A stretch of 64,000 nt of DNA from Polyangiales bacterium (GCA_044229975.1 JBGARZ010000015.1:128001-192000), one strand, 5' to 3'. Positions 9,501 through 18,546 are shown, counted from the first letter of the stretch. A program made the numbers and translations. The notes: a model not told the origin generated them from the letters alone.

Positions 9501-9713
9501 GACGATGAGCTGCGCGGGCTCGGCGGTGGGAGGCAGGGCCGCGGGGCGCTCCTTGCGGGTGAGCGCGGCTGGGTGACGGAAGGGAATCTCGTAGACCGAG
9601 CGGCGGGCGGCGCTGAAGATGAGCGGGTCGCCCTCGGCCTCGAACCACACGACGAAGCGGAGCGAGGGCCCGTGCTGGACGAGGTGAACGTGCAGACCGA
9701 GGGGGAGAGACAC
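6519..9713 (-). CDS. SNF2-family DEAD/DEAH helicase
   Basis: LRPYQ, LADDMGLGKT, DEAQ, LTGTPVEN, SLKAGGTGLNL, WWNPAVEDQATDRAHRIGQ; GTG at 9713 preferred, ORF open to 9818. Confidence 0.95.
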   Translation of the reverse strand: MSLPLGLHVHLVQHGPSLRFVVWFEAEGDPLIFSAARRSVYEIPFRHPAALTRKERPAALPPTAEPAQLIVTLPRFGNNLPVPLPGLVQGWKLDRFRAASRTLETSEFVVDAWVIPPALTLGPLRQLLVDWTARYGAGFLSPHAPAVIALLDELHRRVHEGPLLPTLAPVEVPVRRGTAPAQPTVALGWVPPLSIADVSRLHRGLVASRFLPAIDPTSGTIESWTIDPRPTRFMVFVLEALAATTAHAQSVPTDPAAVRALVEAVSRGDAVALHRDLGSCLYPQHPALAPVAAPPKDHLHARIHPLDQPDAAGDSWALDLGVLHESRAFLPLATLTDRGSLHDPLVEHDDTLFLHPASVAERDWASVLGAGSRLLALPELLTGQARLTEKQAQTLLAQPPVHLPPHEYDPWLSEVRLPRPRRRNYQLTAFSASPGSASAARVRVRWELAGDPNDPARIGLHSARFVPHLELALGDDVLSSTEAEQLLKTTTDGFLRVQGHVLPRADLVSALDLLHAREKVLRKMGADKGVNYAGAVALDDEWAVERAAQAESIFSQRWESFLAGLRDGAGVPQLKAPGSFKGSLRPYQERGLSWLAFLATQGFGGCLADDMGLGKTVQVLALLATRRMKGAPAPRGPDLVVCPTAVVINWAKEAKKFTPSLKVHVHQGLGRQRDAEAFAKAAASADVVVTSFAIARRDEAMLTPVRWGAVVIDEAQNLKNPNALQTRALRGLDAESKFGLTGTPVENHLRDLWSIFDVVVPGLLGGATRFARTFETPSRNGEAEALERLSRRVGPFLLRRTKRDPAIALDLPPLQVQDLDCELTREQTALYQAMTEATFEGITDKAGIHRRAHILAALTRFKQICNHPESFEKDKPDVLFGRSGKLDRTMEVLEELLGGGQRAVIFTQFNEMGRILQRALSTRLQVEADFYHGGLTAPQREAMVEAFQDPEGPPVFIVSLKAGGTGLNLTAASAVIHYDRWWNPAVEDQATDRAHRIGQTKHVNVYRLVTMGTLEERVAELLETKRALANKVLAGADESWITEMNDSALRAFLSLDGRAKEEAS

Positions 9714-9954
9714 GGCGGCCGCGGAAGGTAGAACGAATCGTCGCGGCGCCGGTAACGTGAGTTCAGACGAATCGTTGTCCGCGGGATCCCGGGCCGGGCG
9801 TGCCAGCCGCTGACCCACTCGTGCTTCTGGTCGGCTTCCCGCTCGATGGTCAGGTAGGTCTCGTCATCGATTCAGGTCTGCTCCTCCGCGTCAGCCATGA
9901 GCCGCACCTCGCCATCGGGCGCGGCGCGAAACCAGCGTCCCGACGCCCCTCTCC

Positions 9955-11487
9955 TCACTCCCGCGCGAGGCGCTCCCTGGAGCGGAAGGTGTACTGCTGC
10001 GACGCGCGCCAGACCGCCTGCGACACCGCCGGAACGATCTTCATGAACATCACGAGATCCGCATCGGAGAAGCCCTCCGCGGACGGCACGAGGCGCAGCG
10101 CGCCGACGTTGTCCCGCGGCCCGCTCGTTTCGCCCGGCGCGATGGACTCGCGCGCCCCGACGTTCCCCTTGGGCACGCTCAGTCGCAGCCACAACGTCGC
10201 GGGCGGCTCTCGCCCCTGATCGGCCGCGCGCGGCTCGCCCGCCACGCGGCAGTAGTCGCCCGTGAGCTCGCTGGGAAAGGGCTTCGTCTTGCGGGTGCTG
10301 CCGAGGGCGTGGAGCACGAGGCCCTTGCCGCGCCACACCTCCACCTCGCAGCCGGGCCAGCCGTGCTCGAAGATGCCCACGACGGCCCACAAGACCTCGG
10401 CCTCTTCCAGCGTGTCGGCGAGCGCCTCCTGACCGAGCGCGATGGCCTCCTCGCGGTCGCCGGTGCTCGGGAAGAGGAGGTAGTCGACGACCTGGGCGAG
10501 GGTCGTTCGCCCGAAGTACGCGACGCCCAGCGAGAGCGCGAAGGTGGCGAGAAACGCGACGAAGCGGGCGTGTCCCTCGACGCGCCACTCGCTCACGGCG
10601 AAGCGCTGGAGTGCGAGCGTCGCGCCGCCCACCGCCACGATGAAGAACACCACGCGGAAGAAGCGCGGCAGGTGGTCCTTCAGGTTGCCGAGGCCGTCCT
10701 TGATGACGGCCACCGTGATGGCGAGCACGGCGCAGCCCTGCAACACCGGCTGCACGAGCATCGCGAAGACGTCGGCCCCTTCGCCGGCGTGGAGCGCGTT
10801 GTTGATCGCGAAGGCCACGACGCTCGCCCCGATGCCGACCACGACCCACTTCGTCTGGAGGCGGGCTTCGTGACCGGACGTCACGTGCCGTCGGCCCAGC
10901 GCTGCGAGACCGCCGGAGAGCAGCGCGATGTGGATCCACGCGCGGAGCCGGGGGATGCCGTGGAGGCCGTTCCAGTGGTGGAGCCAGCGCCAGGGAGCGC
11001 CCGGCGGATGGAGCACCAGCCACACCACCGCGACCCAGAACACCCAGTACGCGACGCGGGACTGACTCTTGAACTCGCCGCTCGGCAGCGTGAGCGTCGC
11101 GAGCGCGAGGGTCGACGCCGCGATGTTGAGGTTGACGTCGAAGAGCCAGCGGAAGTGATCGGGCGCGTGATCGACCGGCAGCAGCACCCCGATGCCGTAG
11201 GCGAGGAAGCCCCCAGCCAGCACGAGGTGAAAGGGCTGCTTTCGGCCGCGGTACACCAGCAGCCCGACGCAGAAGACGAACACCACCGCCTTGATGGCGA
11301 GGCCGATCAGCAGGACGGTCTGCGCGATCGCCTCCGACGCGTAGAAGCCGTTGCGGACGAGGGTCAGCGCGAGCGCGCTGGAGCCCAGGTGGTGGAAGTA
11401 GGAGACGAAGCGGTCCCACACCGCGATCGGTCCGGCGACGGCGAGGCAGGCGCAGACGACGAACCACACCCGGGCGGCGTTGATCAT
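9955..11487 (-). CDS. Multi-TM membrane protein with C-terminal GAF-like region
   Basis: About 9-10 hydrophobic segments followed by a soluble domain; ATGA overlap with the patatin gene. Confidence 0.7.
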   Translation of the reverse strand: MINAARVWFVVCACLAVAGPIAVWDRFVSYFHHLGSSALALTLVRNGFYASEAIAQTVLLIGLAIKAVVFVFCVGLLVYRGRKQPFHLVLAGGFLAYGIGVLLPVDHAPDHFRWLFDVNLNIAASTLALATLTLPSGEFKSQSRVAYWVFWVAVVWLVLHPPGAPWRWLHHWNGLHGIPRLRAWIHIALLSGGLAALGRRHVTSGHEARLQTKWVVVGIGASVVAFAINNALHAGEGADVFAMLVQPVLQGCAVLAITVAVIKDGLGNLKDHLPRFFRVVFFIVAVGGATLALQRFAVSEWRVEGHARFVAFLATFALSLGVAYFGRTTLAQVVDYLLFPSTGDREEAIALGQEALADTLEEAEVLWAVVGIFEHGWPGCEVEVWRGKGLVLHALGSTRKTKPFPSELTGDYCRVAGEPRAADQGREPPATLWLRLSVPKGNVGARESIAPGETSGPRDNVGALRLVPSAEGFSDADLVMFMKIVPAVSQAVWRASQQYTFRSRERLARE

Positions 11488-13802
11488 CGGGCGCCCTTCG
11501 GTGGAGGCGTTCGTGGCCTCGTGAGCGTCGATCGCCAGTCACCCATCTTCTTCTTCGCCAGCCCGGGGACGGGCTGCAGCAGGCTCACCAGGGGCACGAG
11601 GAGGGCGACGAATACGGCGAGGGTGATGGCGTTGGGGTGGTCGACCAGCCGCGCGACGGCGAGCGCCGGGATGAGCACCAGGAAGCCTCGCCCGAAGGCC
11701 CTGCGCAGACGAACCCGTCGCTCGCGCGCCTCCTTCGGACCGCGCAGCGGCGTGAGCGGCGTGAGCGCCCTGAGCTTCTCCTCGTTGATGCCGAGGAGCG
11801 CGCGGGTCTCCGTCGACAGACCCGTCTTCGGGTCGCGGTCGCGGAGCCGGTCGAGCGTGCTGTTGTACCCGAGGGCGACGAGCTCCTCCTGCGCTTCGAA
11901 CTCGGTCATCCCGAACCCGCTCACGTCGGGTCGGATGCTGACGTCGGCGCCCTGGTGGAGGCGCACCGAGTCCGCGAGCACCATCGTGCTGGTCACCACC
12001 GTGAGCAGGCTCGGCACGGTGATGGGTTCGAGCAGCGGGTGCACGTGCGAGAGGATCACCGCCATGTTGACCGGGAGGTCGAGCACCTTCTTGCCGATGA
12101 GCTCGCTGTGCGCGGCGCCGACGTCCACGGCGATGACCAGGCCCGCCATGCGGTCGCGCATCGGGCCGATGGGCACGTTGTCGACCACGCCGCCGTCGAC
12201 GAGGATCTTGCCGTTCATCACGACCGGCGGGAGCACGCCGGGGAGGGCGGTGGTCGCGCAGAGGGCACGCCACAGGCGACCCCGCTCGTGGATCATCCGT
12301 CCGCCGCCCACCCCGATGTTGCACGACACGCAGAAGAACGGGATCCAGAGGTCTTCGATCCACCGCTTGCCGCTGAGGTACTTCGCGGGCTTCTCGACCG
12401 CCTCCTTCTGCATGAGCGAGTGGAAGGGGAGCGAAAACGCCGCGAAGGGCGCGAGGTCGACGAAGGCGTGGCGCACGACCTCCTTGGCGACGTCGAAGTC
12501 CCACCACGGGGTCGGCTCGGTTGATGGCTCGACGCCGCCGCGGGCCTTGCGAACCTTCGCGATGGCGGGAGCGAAGTTCTCGTCGGCGTTGGCGCCCTCG
12601 TTCTCGTAGGTGGTGAGCGCGGCGATGCCTCCGCCGGCGCTGGTTCCGCCGACGGCGTCGATGTGGACGTCGCAGTCCCGCAGCGCCTTCACCACCCCGA
12701 GGTGCGCCTGACCGCGCGCCCCGCCGCCGCCGAGCACGAGCCCCACCGCCGTCCCGGTCAGGTGCCGCGCGAGGCGTTCGTAGTGCGGGTGCTGGTCGAT
12801 GCGGATGTGGTGCACCCGCTTGATGCCGTAGCGCCGGTTGAGCCACTCGGGGGTGCCCTCCGGGTCCTTCTTCTCGTCGCGCGGATGCAGCAGCACGAGG
12901 CGGTAGTCGTTGTGCTCCGCCATCGAGTCGAGGAGCACCTTCTCCATCGGCGTGGTGACCGTCGTGGCGTTGGCGTGCGCGACGATGAGCACCGACTCCG
13001 ACTGCCGGATGCACCGCTGCGTCCACACCTCGTAGGCCGGGTCGGCCACGAACACGATGATGTCGTGACGGCTCGCGAGCGCTTCGACCTTGGAGAGAAT
13101 CTGGCGGTCGGCGTCGTCCCACTCCCCGATGGCGTTGTCGGCGGAGCCCTTCCCGATCTTCTCCTCGAAGTCGTCGCGGTCGAGCCGCAGCACCCTCCGG
13201 CGCCCCTGCGTCGACTTCTGGAGCGCGCTCATCAGGTCGACGACGAAGCGGTCACGAATCGGCTCGAAGCCCGCGCCGGGGAGCACCGCGATGTGCCGGG
13301 TGCGAGCCGCCGCGGCCGGGGCCCTCAGCACCGCGCTGGACTCGCCGCCGAGAACCTCCGCGAGGCGCTGCCACAGCGTGGCGTCGCAGCGGGCCATCTC
13401 GACGAAGACCTCGCGCGGGAGCAGCGCCACCTCGGAGTCTTGAAGGGCGAGCGCGGTGAAGCGTCGCGCCGACTGGTCGAGGAGCACCCCGGCGCCGATC
13501 ACGTCGCCGACCCGCGCCTCCTGCACGAAGCTCACCTTGGCGTCCGAGCTGTGGGTGACGCGCAGCCGCCCGTGCAGCACGAGGTAGGCGCCCTGCGGTG
13601 CCTCGTCGGACCCGATGAGCGTGTCGCCGCCGGGGACGCACAGCCACTCCAGCACCCGGTCGTGCTCGCCGTCCTGGTCGCGGTAGCGATCGTTGGTGAA
13701 CGTACGAAGCACGCCCGGGTCGACGCTCTTGAAGAGCCCGCACCGCAGCAGGAGCCCGTAGGCGTCGTCGGTCGTCGGGAGCGTCGTGGGCTTGTGCGGC
13801 AT
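11484..13802 (-). CDS. Cyclic-nucleotide-binding patatin-like phospholipase (NTE family)
   Basis: N-terminal cNMP-binding fold (YLVLHGRLRV, GDVIG); patatin motifs GGGGARG, GTSAG and DGG; two C-terminal TM helices. Confidence 0.9.
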   Translation of the reverse strand: MPHKPTTLPTTDDAYGLLLRCGLFKSVDPGVLRTFTNDRYRDQDGEHDRVLEWLCVPGGDTLIGSDEAPQGAYLVLHGRLRVTHSSDAKVSFVQEARVGDVIGAGVLLDQSARRFTALALQDSEVALLPREVFVEMARCDATLWQRLAEVLGGESSAVLRAPAAAARTRHIAVLPGAGFEPIRDRFVVDLMSALQKSTQGRRRVLRLDRDDFEEKIGKGSADNAIGEWDDADRQILSKVEALASRHDIIVFVADPAYEVWTQRCIRQSESVLIVAHANATTVTTPMEKVLLDSMAEHNDYRLVLLHPRDEKKDPEGTPEWLNRRYGIKRVHHIRIDQHPHYERLARHLTGTAVGLVLGGGGARGQAHLGVVKALRDCDVHIDAVGGTSAGGGIAALTTYENEGANADENFAPAIAKVRKARGGVEPSTEPTPWWDFDVAKEVVRHAFVDLAPFAAFSLPFHSLMQKEAVEKPAKYLSGKRWIEDLWIPFFCVSCNIGVGGGRMIHERGRLWRALCATTALPGVLPPVVMNGKILVDGGVVDNVPIGPMRDRMAGLVIAVDVGAAHSELIGKKVLDLPVNMAVILSHVHPLLEPITVPSLLTVVTSTMVLADSVRLHQGADVSIRPDVSGFGMTEFEAQEELVALGYNSTLDRLRDRDPKTGLSTETRALLGINEEKLRALTPLTPLRGPKEARERRVRLRRAFGRGFLVLIPALAVARLVDHPNAITLAVFVALLVPLVSLLQPVPGLAKKKMGDWRSTLTRPRTPPPKGAR

Positions 13803-13892
13803 GCGACAGGGCGATGGCCCACCGCATCGTCGCCCAGGGCGTCGACGATCGCCAAGAATGTCTCTCGCCCGGTGGTCGCGCGGGTCGCGGGG

Positions 13893-14672
13893 TCAGGTCG
13901 CGGAGGAGCCCTCGGTGACGGTGTACTCGGACTGGCTGGTGACCAGGAGCTGGAGGTGCCCGCGCAGCCACCAGGCCGCGACGCTGAGCACGACGGCCGG
14001 GACGACGTAGGTGGTGTAGCCCGCCAGCGGGGCGACCAGCGCGGCGAAGGCGCAGCCCAGCACGAAGAAGGCGATCTTCGCCCCGCGGAGCACGGCGGAC
14101 TCGCGCGCCGTCTCGCGCACGGCCTCCGGGGCGTTGGAGAGGTAGGCGCTCAACGCGACGGAGAAGTCCGTGAGGGGCCCGGTCATGTGCGTGGTGCGAA
14201 CGATCATCCCCGTGGTGGTCGCGACCGAGGCGTTTTGCAGGCCCATGGCGAACGCGAGGATGCCCAGCAGGACGAAGTCCCCGGTGGTCTCGACGGTCTG
14301 CCCGAAGGGGCCGAAGGCGTCGTAGGCGCCGAGCACCGACACGAGCACGAGGCAGCCCGCCACCATGAAGAGTGGGGCGGTGGGCCAGGGTTCGAGGTTC
14401 TTCACCCGTCGCCCGTCGATGAGCCGAAACGAGAGCATCGCGCCCACGATGAACGCGAGCGCCACGAGGACGTAGTCGAGCAGGAGCGTGATGCGGGCGT
14501 AGTCCGCGCCGATGAGGGTGAGCGTGCCGGTGACGTGGGTGACGTAGCGCCGACACGCCGCGAGGGTCGTCGCGTTGACCATGCCGGCCGAGAAGGTCGC
14601 CGCGAGCCACACGCGGAGCATCCGGCGGTCGTGCACGGACGAGGCTTCGAGAATCGGGGAGAGTTTCGCCAT
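13893..14672 (-). CDS. YoaK/DUF1275 family membrane protein
   Basis: AGMVNA, THVTGT, AMGLQNA and RTTHMTG motifs. Confidence 0.88.
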   Translation of the reverse strand: MAKLSPILEASSVHDRRMLRVWLAATFSAGMVNATTLAACRRYVTHVTGTLTLIGADYARITLLLDYVLVALAFIVGAMLSFRLIDGRRVKNLEPWPTAPLFMVAGCLVLVSVLGAYDAFGPFGQTVETTGDFVLLGILAFAMGLQNASVATTTGMIVRTTHMTGPLTDFSVALSAYLSNAPEAVRETARESAVLRGAKIAFFVLGCAFAALVAPLAGYTTYVVPAVVLSVAAWWLRGHLQLLVTSQSEYTVTEGSSAT

Positions 14673-14843
14673 GCGGTGGGGCTCCGATCGCGCGGAGCGT
14701 CCGGCGTTGGGGCCGACGGTCGAGCGTGACAACGGGGTCCCTCGTGAGATGAAGCACGCGGGCGTTGGTGTCGACGCGGCATACGATCGGTCTTCCGATC
14801 GGCCATTCGATCGGTCGATCGACCGCCCGCGGCGCCGACCGAC

Positions 14844-15283
14844 CTACCGCAGCTCGATCGCCACCGCCGTGTAGCCCGCGCGCACGATCGCATCGGGCGC
14901 CGGCGCGCTGGTGTTGTCGTACGGCGTGACGGCCCATCGCCCGGTCGAGTAGTCGCGGTGGTAGTGCACCACCTGCCACCCGGGGTTCAGGTCGACGAAG
15001 GCCGATCGCCCGTAGTCGTCGTTGGGCGTCTCCGCTCCGCGCCACGCGACCCCGATGGGTGATTGCGTCAGCGTGGTGTCACCTCGGCGTCGATGATCGG
15101 CGCGCTGCCGTCCTCGATGGTCGCGACGTCCGGGGCAACGCCCGCGTCGTTGGCGGTCGCGCTGTCGTGGCTCGACACCACGTCGGGCGTCGGTGAGGGC
15201 TATGAGGTGATGGTGACGCCGCACCCGGAGACGAGCGCGGCGAGCAGCGACAGGCGGACGGTGGAGGTGCTCACGGCGGTCAC
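14844..15283 (-). pseudogene. Disrupted lipoprotein gene (nonsense codon plus frameshift/deletion)
   Basis: GTG start coupled to the upstream stop, lipobox LVSGC, TAG at 15200-15202, in-frame linker continues (PSPTPDVV...DAGVAPDV), then a frame change near 15070-15085 into a GC3-rich C-terminal frame. Confidence 0.65.
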
Positions 15284-17094
15284 TCGTAGGTGGTCACCGA
15301 GGGCGCGCGGATGGCGAACTGAAACGCGTCGTGCGACTGCTCGACGAGCGCGGGCCGGCTGGTGACGATGCGCACGTAGGAGTCGGGCGTCGCGTCGGTG
15401 ACGAGGCGCAGGCGCTGGCCGCGGTTGATGGTCGCCGTCGTGGCGGGCGTGGTCGCGCCCATGGCGAAGGTCTGCACCATCGTTCCGTCGGTGAAGGCGA
15501 TGGCGTCGATGTCGGAGCGCCGGCTCAGGTAGCCGGTGGCGGTGGCGACGTTGGTGCGGAAGGTCCACTCGGTGTCGTAGGTGACGCCGCGGATGGAGGG
15601 GACGAAGTCGGCGTCGAGCAGGCTGCCGTCGCTCGGGTTGCCGGGGTCGGCCTCGACCCAGGCGATGGCGGGCGTGGTGCTCGTCGCGGTGATGAGCGTG
15701 TTGGCCGGAAACTCGAACGACGTGGTGGCGACGGCGCCCGCGATGGTGCGCGGCGTGGTGACGGCGCCGATGGTGAAGCTCACGCTCGCGGCGCCTTCGA
15801 GGGACTGCACCATGAGGCGACGAACGCCCGATGCACCCGCGGGTTCGGCGTAGCGGAAGGTGGTGCCGCGGAGGTTGCCGTCGTCCGAGGGGACGTAGGC
15901 GAAGTGGTTGTACGTCTCGACGAGCACCTGGCCGAAGGCGGTGACGGGCGCGCCTGTCGACACGATGCGGTACACGCCCGAGGTGGGCGTCGCGACCGTG
16001 TGGAAGGAGCTGGCCGTCGCGGTGGTCCAGGTGTCGAGCGGGACGGGCGCGCCGTCGTCGGGCACCCGCTGCACCACGACGGAGGTCGGCGCCGTCGCGC
16101 CCGCGAAGACCACCACGCCGTTGGCCGACCAGGTGTAGAGCTCGGTCGCGCGGTACGAGCCATCGAGCGCAGCGGCCGCGGTGATCTTGTCGCCGGTGCC
16201 GCCGTCGTGGACCCACGCCACGAAGGGCGCATCGCCGTCGAGGCGCAGCAGACCGGCGCCCGGGATGGCTCCGCTGCGAACGCCGCTCGCCGGGAAGGCC
16301 ATGGCGGTGAGCGAGGTGGCAGGGCCGGTTCCGGTGTCGAGGGAGAGGCGCAGCGCGTTGGCGGTGGGCGAGTACACGTGAACGGTGCCTGCGCCGGGCG
16401 CGAACACGAAGGAGCCGTGTCGCGGGGTGCGGCACATGCCGGCCTGGCAGACCTGGCCCGTGGCGCAGGCGGCTCCGCACGATCCGCAGTGGGTGGTGGA
16501 GGTGAGGGTGTTGGTCTCGCAGCCGTTGGCCGCCATGCCGTCGCAGTTGCCGTAGCCGGTGCTGCAGATGTTGAAGGTGCAGACCCCGGAGATGCACGAC
16601 GGCATGCCGTTGGGGAACAGCGGGCAGACGGTTCCGCACGAGCCGCAGTTTAGGGTGTCGTTGGGGACACAGGCGCCGCCGCAAAGCAGCGAGCCCGACG
16701 GGCAGGTCGGAACATCGACCACGTCGACGACATCGACCACGTCGACGACATCGACCACGTCCACCGCGGGCGGGACATCGACCACATCGATGGCGGGCGG
16801 TACGTCGACGACATCGATCGTCGGCGGGACATCGACGGCGGGCGGAACATCAACGACGTCGATCGCGGGTTGCACGTCGACGGCGGGCTGCACGTCGACG
16901 GCGGGTTGCACGTCGATCGCGGGTTGCACGTCGATCGCGGGCTGCACGTCGGGGGTGACAGGTCGGTCGACGCCGATGTCGACGGTGCCCGTGTCCGCGG
17001 TGAAACCGGAGTCGACGTCGGCGACGACCGGGTCATTGCTGCACGCGATCACGACGGTCGCGCAGACCATCGAAAGCGGAAGGATGGACTTCAT
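15280..17094 (-). CDS. Secreted lipoprotein with DVQPA repeats, Cys-rich repeats and beta-sandwich domain
   Basis: Start MKSILP, lipobox VVIAC, (DVQPA[IV])n/(DVV)n linker, CGSCG...C repeats and NCDG..ANGCE typical of myxobacterial surface proteins. Confidence 0.8.
   Translation of the reverse strand: MKSILPLSMVCATVVIACSNDPVVADVDSGFTADTGTVDIGVDRPVTPDVQPAIDVQPAIDVQPAVDVQPAVDVQPAIDVVDVPPAVDVPPTIDVVDVPPAIDVVDVPPAVDVVDVVDVVDVVDVVDVPTCPSGSLLCGGACVPNDTLNCGSCGTVCPLFPNGMPSCISGVCTFNICSTGYGNCDGMAANGCETNTLTSTTHCGSCGAACATGQVCQAGMCRTPRHGSFVFAPGAGTVHVYSPTANALRLSLDTGTGPATSLTAMAFPASGVRSGAIPGAGLLRLDGDAPFVAWVHDGGTGDKITAAAALDGSYRATELYTWSANGVVVFAGATAPTSVVVQRVPDDGAPVPLDTWTTATASSFHTVATPTSGVYRIVSTGAPVTAFGQVLVETYNHFAYVPSDDGNLRGTTFRYAEPAGASGVRRLMVQSLEGAASVSFTIGAVTTPRTIAGAVATTSFEFPANTLITATSTTPAIAWVEADPGNPSDGSLLDADFVPSIRGVTYDTEWTFRTNVATATGYLSRRSDIDAIAFTDGTMVQTFAMGATTPATTATINRGQRLRLVTDATPDSYVRIVTSRPALVEQSHDAFQFAIRAPSVTTYE
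16705..16955. repeat. Degenerate 9/18-bp coding tandem repeats (DVV, DVQPAI/V)
   Basis: Repeated TGCACGTCGAT/CGCGGG and ACATCGACCACGTCG units; boundaries approximate. Confidence 0.8.
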
Positions 17095-17099
17095 TGTCT

Positions 17100-17804
17100 T
17101 CACTCTCTGGGGGTCCGATCTGCGGTCCGGGTTGTCGCGAGGGCTGTCTTGACGGCGTTGATGTCCGCGCTCTCCAGCACGTGCTTCGAGGCGCCATGCT
17201 TCGCGACCTCGATCATCGCGCGACCGAGCTGCTCGGTGCTCGTGACGAAGGCGGGCAGGTGCTTGAGCAGCGGATAGAACACCCCGACCACCGCATAGAT
17301 GGCGCTGTACAGCGGCGTCTTCGACTTGATGCCATGCAGCGGCTGGATGAACCCCGGGCGGAACATGTACGCGCCCTTGAAGGGCATCGCGAGCAGGTCG
17401 TTTTCGGTCTTGCCCTTCACGCGGGCCCACATCACGGAGCCCTTGGCCGTCCCGTCGGTGCTCGCCCCCGACACATAGTTGAACGTGATCCCGGGGTTGA
17501 CCTTGAGCAGCGTGCGGGCCGCCGCGAGCGTGTAGTCGTAGGTGATCTTCGTGTAGTCGGCCTCGTTCATGCCGACCGAGGAGATGCCGAGGCAGAAGAG
17601 GCACGCGTCGTAGCCCGTGAGCTGGGACTCGACCGCGGAGTAGTCGGTGAAGTCCTTGTGCAGGAGCTCGGTGAGCTTCGCATGGGTCTGGCCGAGGGGC
17701 GTTCGTACGACGCAGAGCACGCGCTCGACCTCCGGGTCGGCGAGGCACTCGCGGAGCACGCCCTGACCGATCATGCCGGTCGCGCCGAAGAGGATGACTT
17801 TCAT
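17100..17804 (-). CDS. NAD(P)-binding epimerase/SDR (TIP30-like)
   Basis: MKVILFGATGMIG Rossmann motif, CLFCLG, WARVKGKTEN. Confidence 0.88.
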   Translation of the reverse strand: MKVILFGATGMIGQGVLRECLADPEVERVLCVVRTPLGQTHAKLTELLHKDFTDYSAVESQLTGYDACLFCLGISSVGMNEADYTKITYDYTLAAARTLLKVNPGITFNYVSGASTDGTAKGSVMWARVKGKTENDLLAMPFKGAYMFRPGFIQPLHGIKSKTPLYSAIYAVVGVFYPLLKHLPAFVTSTEQLGRAMIEVAKHGASKHVLESADINAVKTALATTRTADRTPRE

Positions 17805-17892
17805 GGGATGTGGTTCGATACCCTTCTCGACCATCGTCGACGCTCAACCTCACCGACGAGGCTCCGCACCCCCGAAGGAACCACTCCTCACC

Positions 17893-18546
17893 ATGGCAGA
17901 CAACGACTCCCGCAAGGGCATGGCCTACTTCGACAGTGACATCCTCGCGTGGGTGGACGGTCTGCACCACGCCCACGACAGCGCGCTCGCCTACGCCTTC
18001 GGCGCCCCCGAGCGCGAGGGAATGCCCGCCATCCAGGTGGGCCGCGGAGAGGGCGTCCTGTTGGGAATGTTGCTGCGCCTCGCGCGAGCGAAGGAGGTGG
18101 TCGAGGTCGGCACGCTCGCGGCGTACTCGACGATCCATCTCGCGCGGGCGGTGGGCCCGACCGGTCACGTCTGGAGCGTGGAGTACGACGCGAAGCACGC
18201 GGGCGTCGCGCGCGACGTGCTGACGCAGGCGGGTCTCGCGTCGCGGGTGACGGTGAAGGAGGGCGCCGGGGTCGACGTGCTGCCGACGCTGGAGTCGGAG
18301 GGGCCCTTCGACGCGGTGTTCATCGACGCCGACAAGGTGAACTACGACAAGTACGGCGAGTGGGCGCTGAAGAACCTCCGCCCCGGGGCTCTGCTCATCG
18401 GCGACAACGTGTTCTTGTTCGGTCGGCTGCTGGGTGACGGGGCCGACGCGGTGGCGATGCGCCGCTTCCACGAGCACGCGCGGGCGCACTTCGACACGGT
18501 GTGCGTCCCGACACCCGACGGCCTCCTCGTCGGCGTGAAGCGGTAG
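17893..18546 (+). CDS. SAM-dependent O-methyltransferase (COMT/CCoAOMT-like)
   Basis: VVEVGTLAAYS, FDAVFIDADK, IGDN. Confidence 0.92.
   Translation: MADNDSRKGMAYFDSDILAWVDGLHHAHDSALAYAFGAPEREGMPAIQVGRGEGVLLGMLLRLARAKEVVEVGTLAAYSTIHLARAVGPTGHVWSVEYDAKHAGVARDVLTQAGLASRVTVKEGAGVDVLPTLESEGPFDAVFIDADKVNYDKYGEWALKNLRPGALLIGDNVFLFGRLLGDGADAVAMRRFHEHARAHFDTVCVPTPDGLLVGVKR

Noticed and set aside
11484..13802. Patatin as a CBASS effector
   Set aside because: NTE-type architecture with a cNMP domain, and no CD-NTase nearby
15200..15202. In-frame TAG as programmed readthrough or pyrrolysine
   Set aside because: A second lesion (frameshift) follows and no pyl genes are visible, so pseudogene is the simpler reading
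16705..16955. Tandem repeats as a possible CRISPR array
   Set aside because: Short in-frame coding repeats without unique spacers, and no cas genes
15280..18489. 1069-aa ORF
   Set aside because: The upstream part overlaps the epimerase and methyltransferase genes; the signal peptide begins at ATG 17094
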